From: an uncultured delta proteobacterium
Lineage (GTDB): Bacteria; Desulfobacterota; Binatia; UBA9968
Direction: 5' to 3'
DNA length: 64,000 bases
Assembly: GCA_963745035.1 (NCBI GenBank)
Contig: CAVUVW010000013.1
Coordinates: 1,280,001-1,344,000, forward strand
Position 1 is the stretch's first letter. Each line of letters begins with the position of its first letter. This document shows positions 62,950-64,000 of the stretch, piece after piece. Made by a program: the position numbers and the translations under genes. A model generated the notes under the pieces. That model was not told the origin of the DNA and did no database searches. It saw only the letters and a list, made by a program, of their open reading frames with translations.

Positions 62950-64000
62950 ATGAGCACCGATCCTCGCACAGGCACTCTGTCTGAAACCGTCGCCGCACGA
63001 GGCCCGAACCGGCCGCTTCACACTCAGGGCGGCTCGGCGAATTATCTGGAGAAATCCCTCGCCGCGGCGGCCGAACCTTTCAAAGGCATCAGCGTCGATG
63101 GCAACATCATCCCAAATCTCTTCGGCGTCCAAAAGACCGGAGTGGCGACCCAATCGATCCGCGAAGCCGCCGAAGCATTTCTCGGATCACTGAATTTCCA
63201 GCAACGCGCCACAACGGTTTTTCCCGTGGATACCGATCAGTGGCGCAAGTGGAGCAACATCCATCCAACCCTCATGCGCCACGGCATGCCACTCTTCGAG
63301 ATGAACGACGGCCAGCGCGATCGCGCCTTTGCGCTGTTGCGTGAGAGCTTGAGCCAACGAGGCTTCGAGGAAGCTCTCGACATCATGCACCTAAACGAAA
63401 CTGTCCAGGAAATGACGGGCAGACTGAGCGAATACGGCGAGGACCTTTATTGGCTGAGCATCATGGGAAGTCCTTCGGCCACCGAACCCTGGGGCTGGCA
63501 ATGGGACGGCCATCATTTGAACATCAATTATTTCGTGCTCGGCGATCAGGTAGTCATGACACCGAACTTCCTGGGCGCCGAGCCGGTGCACGCGACGACC
63601 GGCAAGTACGCCGGCTTGAGAGTTTTTCAAGACGACGAAGACTTCGGTTTGGCATTGGCTCGCACCCTTTCCGAGAGCCAACGCGCCAAGACGGTCATCG
63701 CACCGGAAACTGCGGGCGAGGATTTTACCACTGCGTTTCGTGACAATTTGGTCCTGGACTATGCGGGCATTCGCTTCAATGAGCTGTCAGACGCGCAGCA
63801 CGAACTTCTCGTCAACCTCGTCGGCTACCATGTCGGCAGAATACGAGATGGTCACGCGCGCATAAAAATCGACGAAGTGAAGCGCCATCTAGTGGACACC
63901 TATTTCTGCTGGATGGGCGGCATGGAAGACGAGAGCACATTCTATTACCGCGTCCAAAGTCCCGTGATCATCGTCGAGTTCGACCACCAGCGCGGCATCG
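62950..64000 (+). CDS. DUF3500 domain protein (3' truncated; missing from the ORF track)
   Basis: GGAGGG RBS then ATG at 62950; hand translation gives WRKWSNIH, PWGWQWDGHHLNINY and, at the window end, YYRVQSPVIIVEFDHQ. Confidence 0.82.
   Translation, partial: MSTDPRTGTLSETVAARGPNRPLHTQGGSANYLEKSLAAAAEPFKGISVDGNIIPNLFGVQKTGVATQSIREAAEAFLGSLNFQQRATTVFPVDTDQWRKWSNIHPTLMRHGMPLFEMNDGQRDRAFALLRESLSQRGFEEALDIMHLNETVQEMTGRLSEYGEDLYWLSIMGSPSATEPWGWQWDGHHLNINYFVLGDQVVMTPNFLGAEPVHATTGKYAGLRVFQDDEDFGLALARTLSESQRAKTVIAPETAGEDFTTAFRDNLVLDYAGIRFNELSDAQHELLVNLVGYHVGRIRDGHARIKIDEVKRHLVDTYFCWMGGMEDESTFYYRVQSPVIIVEFDHQRGI

Overview
High-GC bacterial chromosomal window with about 58 protein-coding genes and no rRNA, tRNA, CRISPR array or intact transposase that I can support. 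The gene content (many orphan NMT1/SsuA-like and TctC/Bug-like binding proteins, F420-type LLM enzymes, an archaeal-type topoisomerase VI) suggests Candidatus Binatia or a related deltaproteobacterium-like lineage; this is an inference. Many genes are split by single-base indels clustered at about 8.5-18.5, 40.5-46 and 51-62 kb, most likely uncorrected long-read errors. Main blocks: solute-binding proteins (0-5 kb); top6B-top6A (5.3-8.4 kb); histidine kinase, response regulator and REC-cyclase (8.6-11.7 kb); amidase and Tex; LLM and flavin oxygenases; a 9.5 kb same-strand cluster (29.8-39.3 kb) around an ECF42-type sigma factor; a putative aromatic-catabolism cluster with a TRAP transporter (39.4-53.7 kb); and a final block with SRPBCC, Zn-ADH, MmgE/PrpD, a Rieske oxygenase and DUF3500. 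The strongest signal is four copies of TGTCGATT-N12/13-AACGACTA, each just upstream of a gene in the ECF42 cluster. They define a probable autoregulated regulon containing four YciI/DGPF proteins, several VOC proteins and a beta-propeller translationally coupled to a ubiquitin-like (MoaD/ThiS, C-terminal GG) protein. All family assignments come from motif recognition by eye, not database searches.
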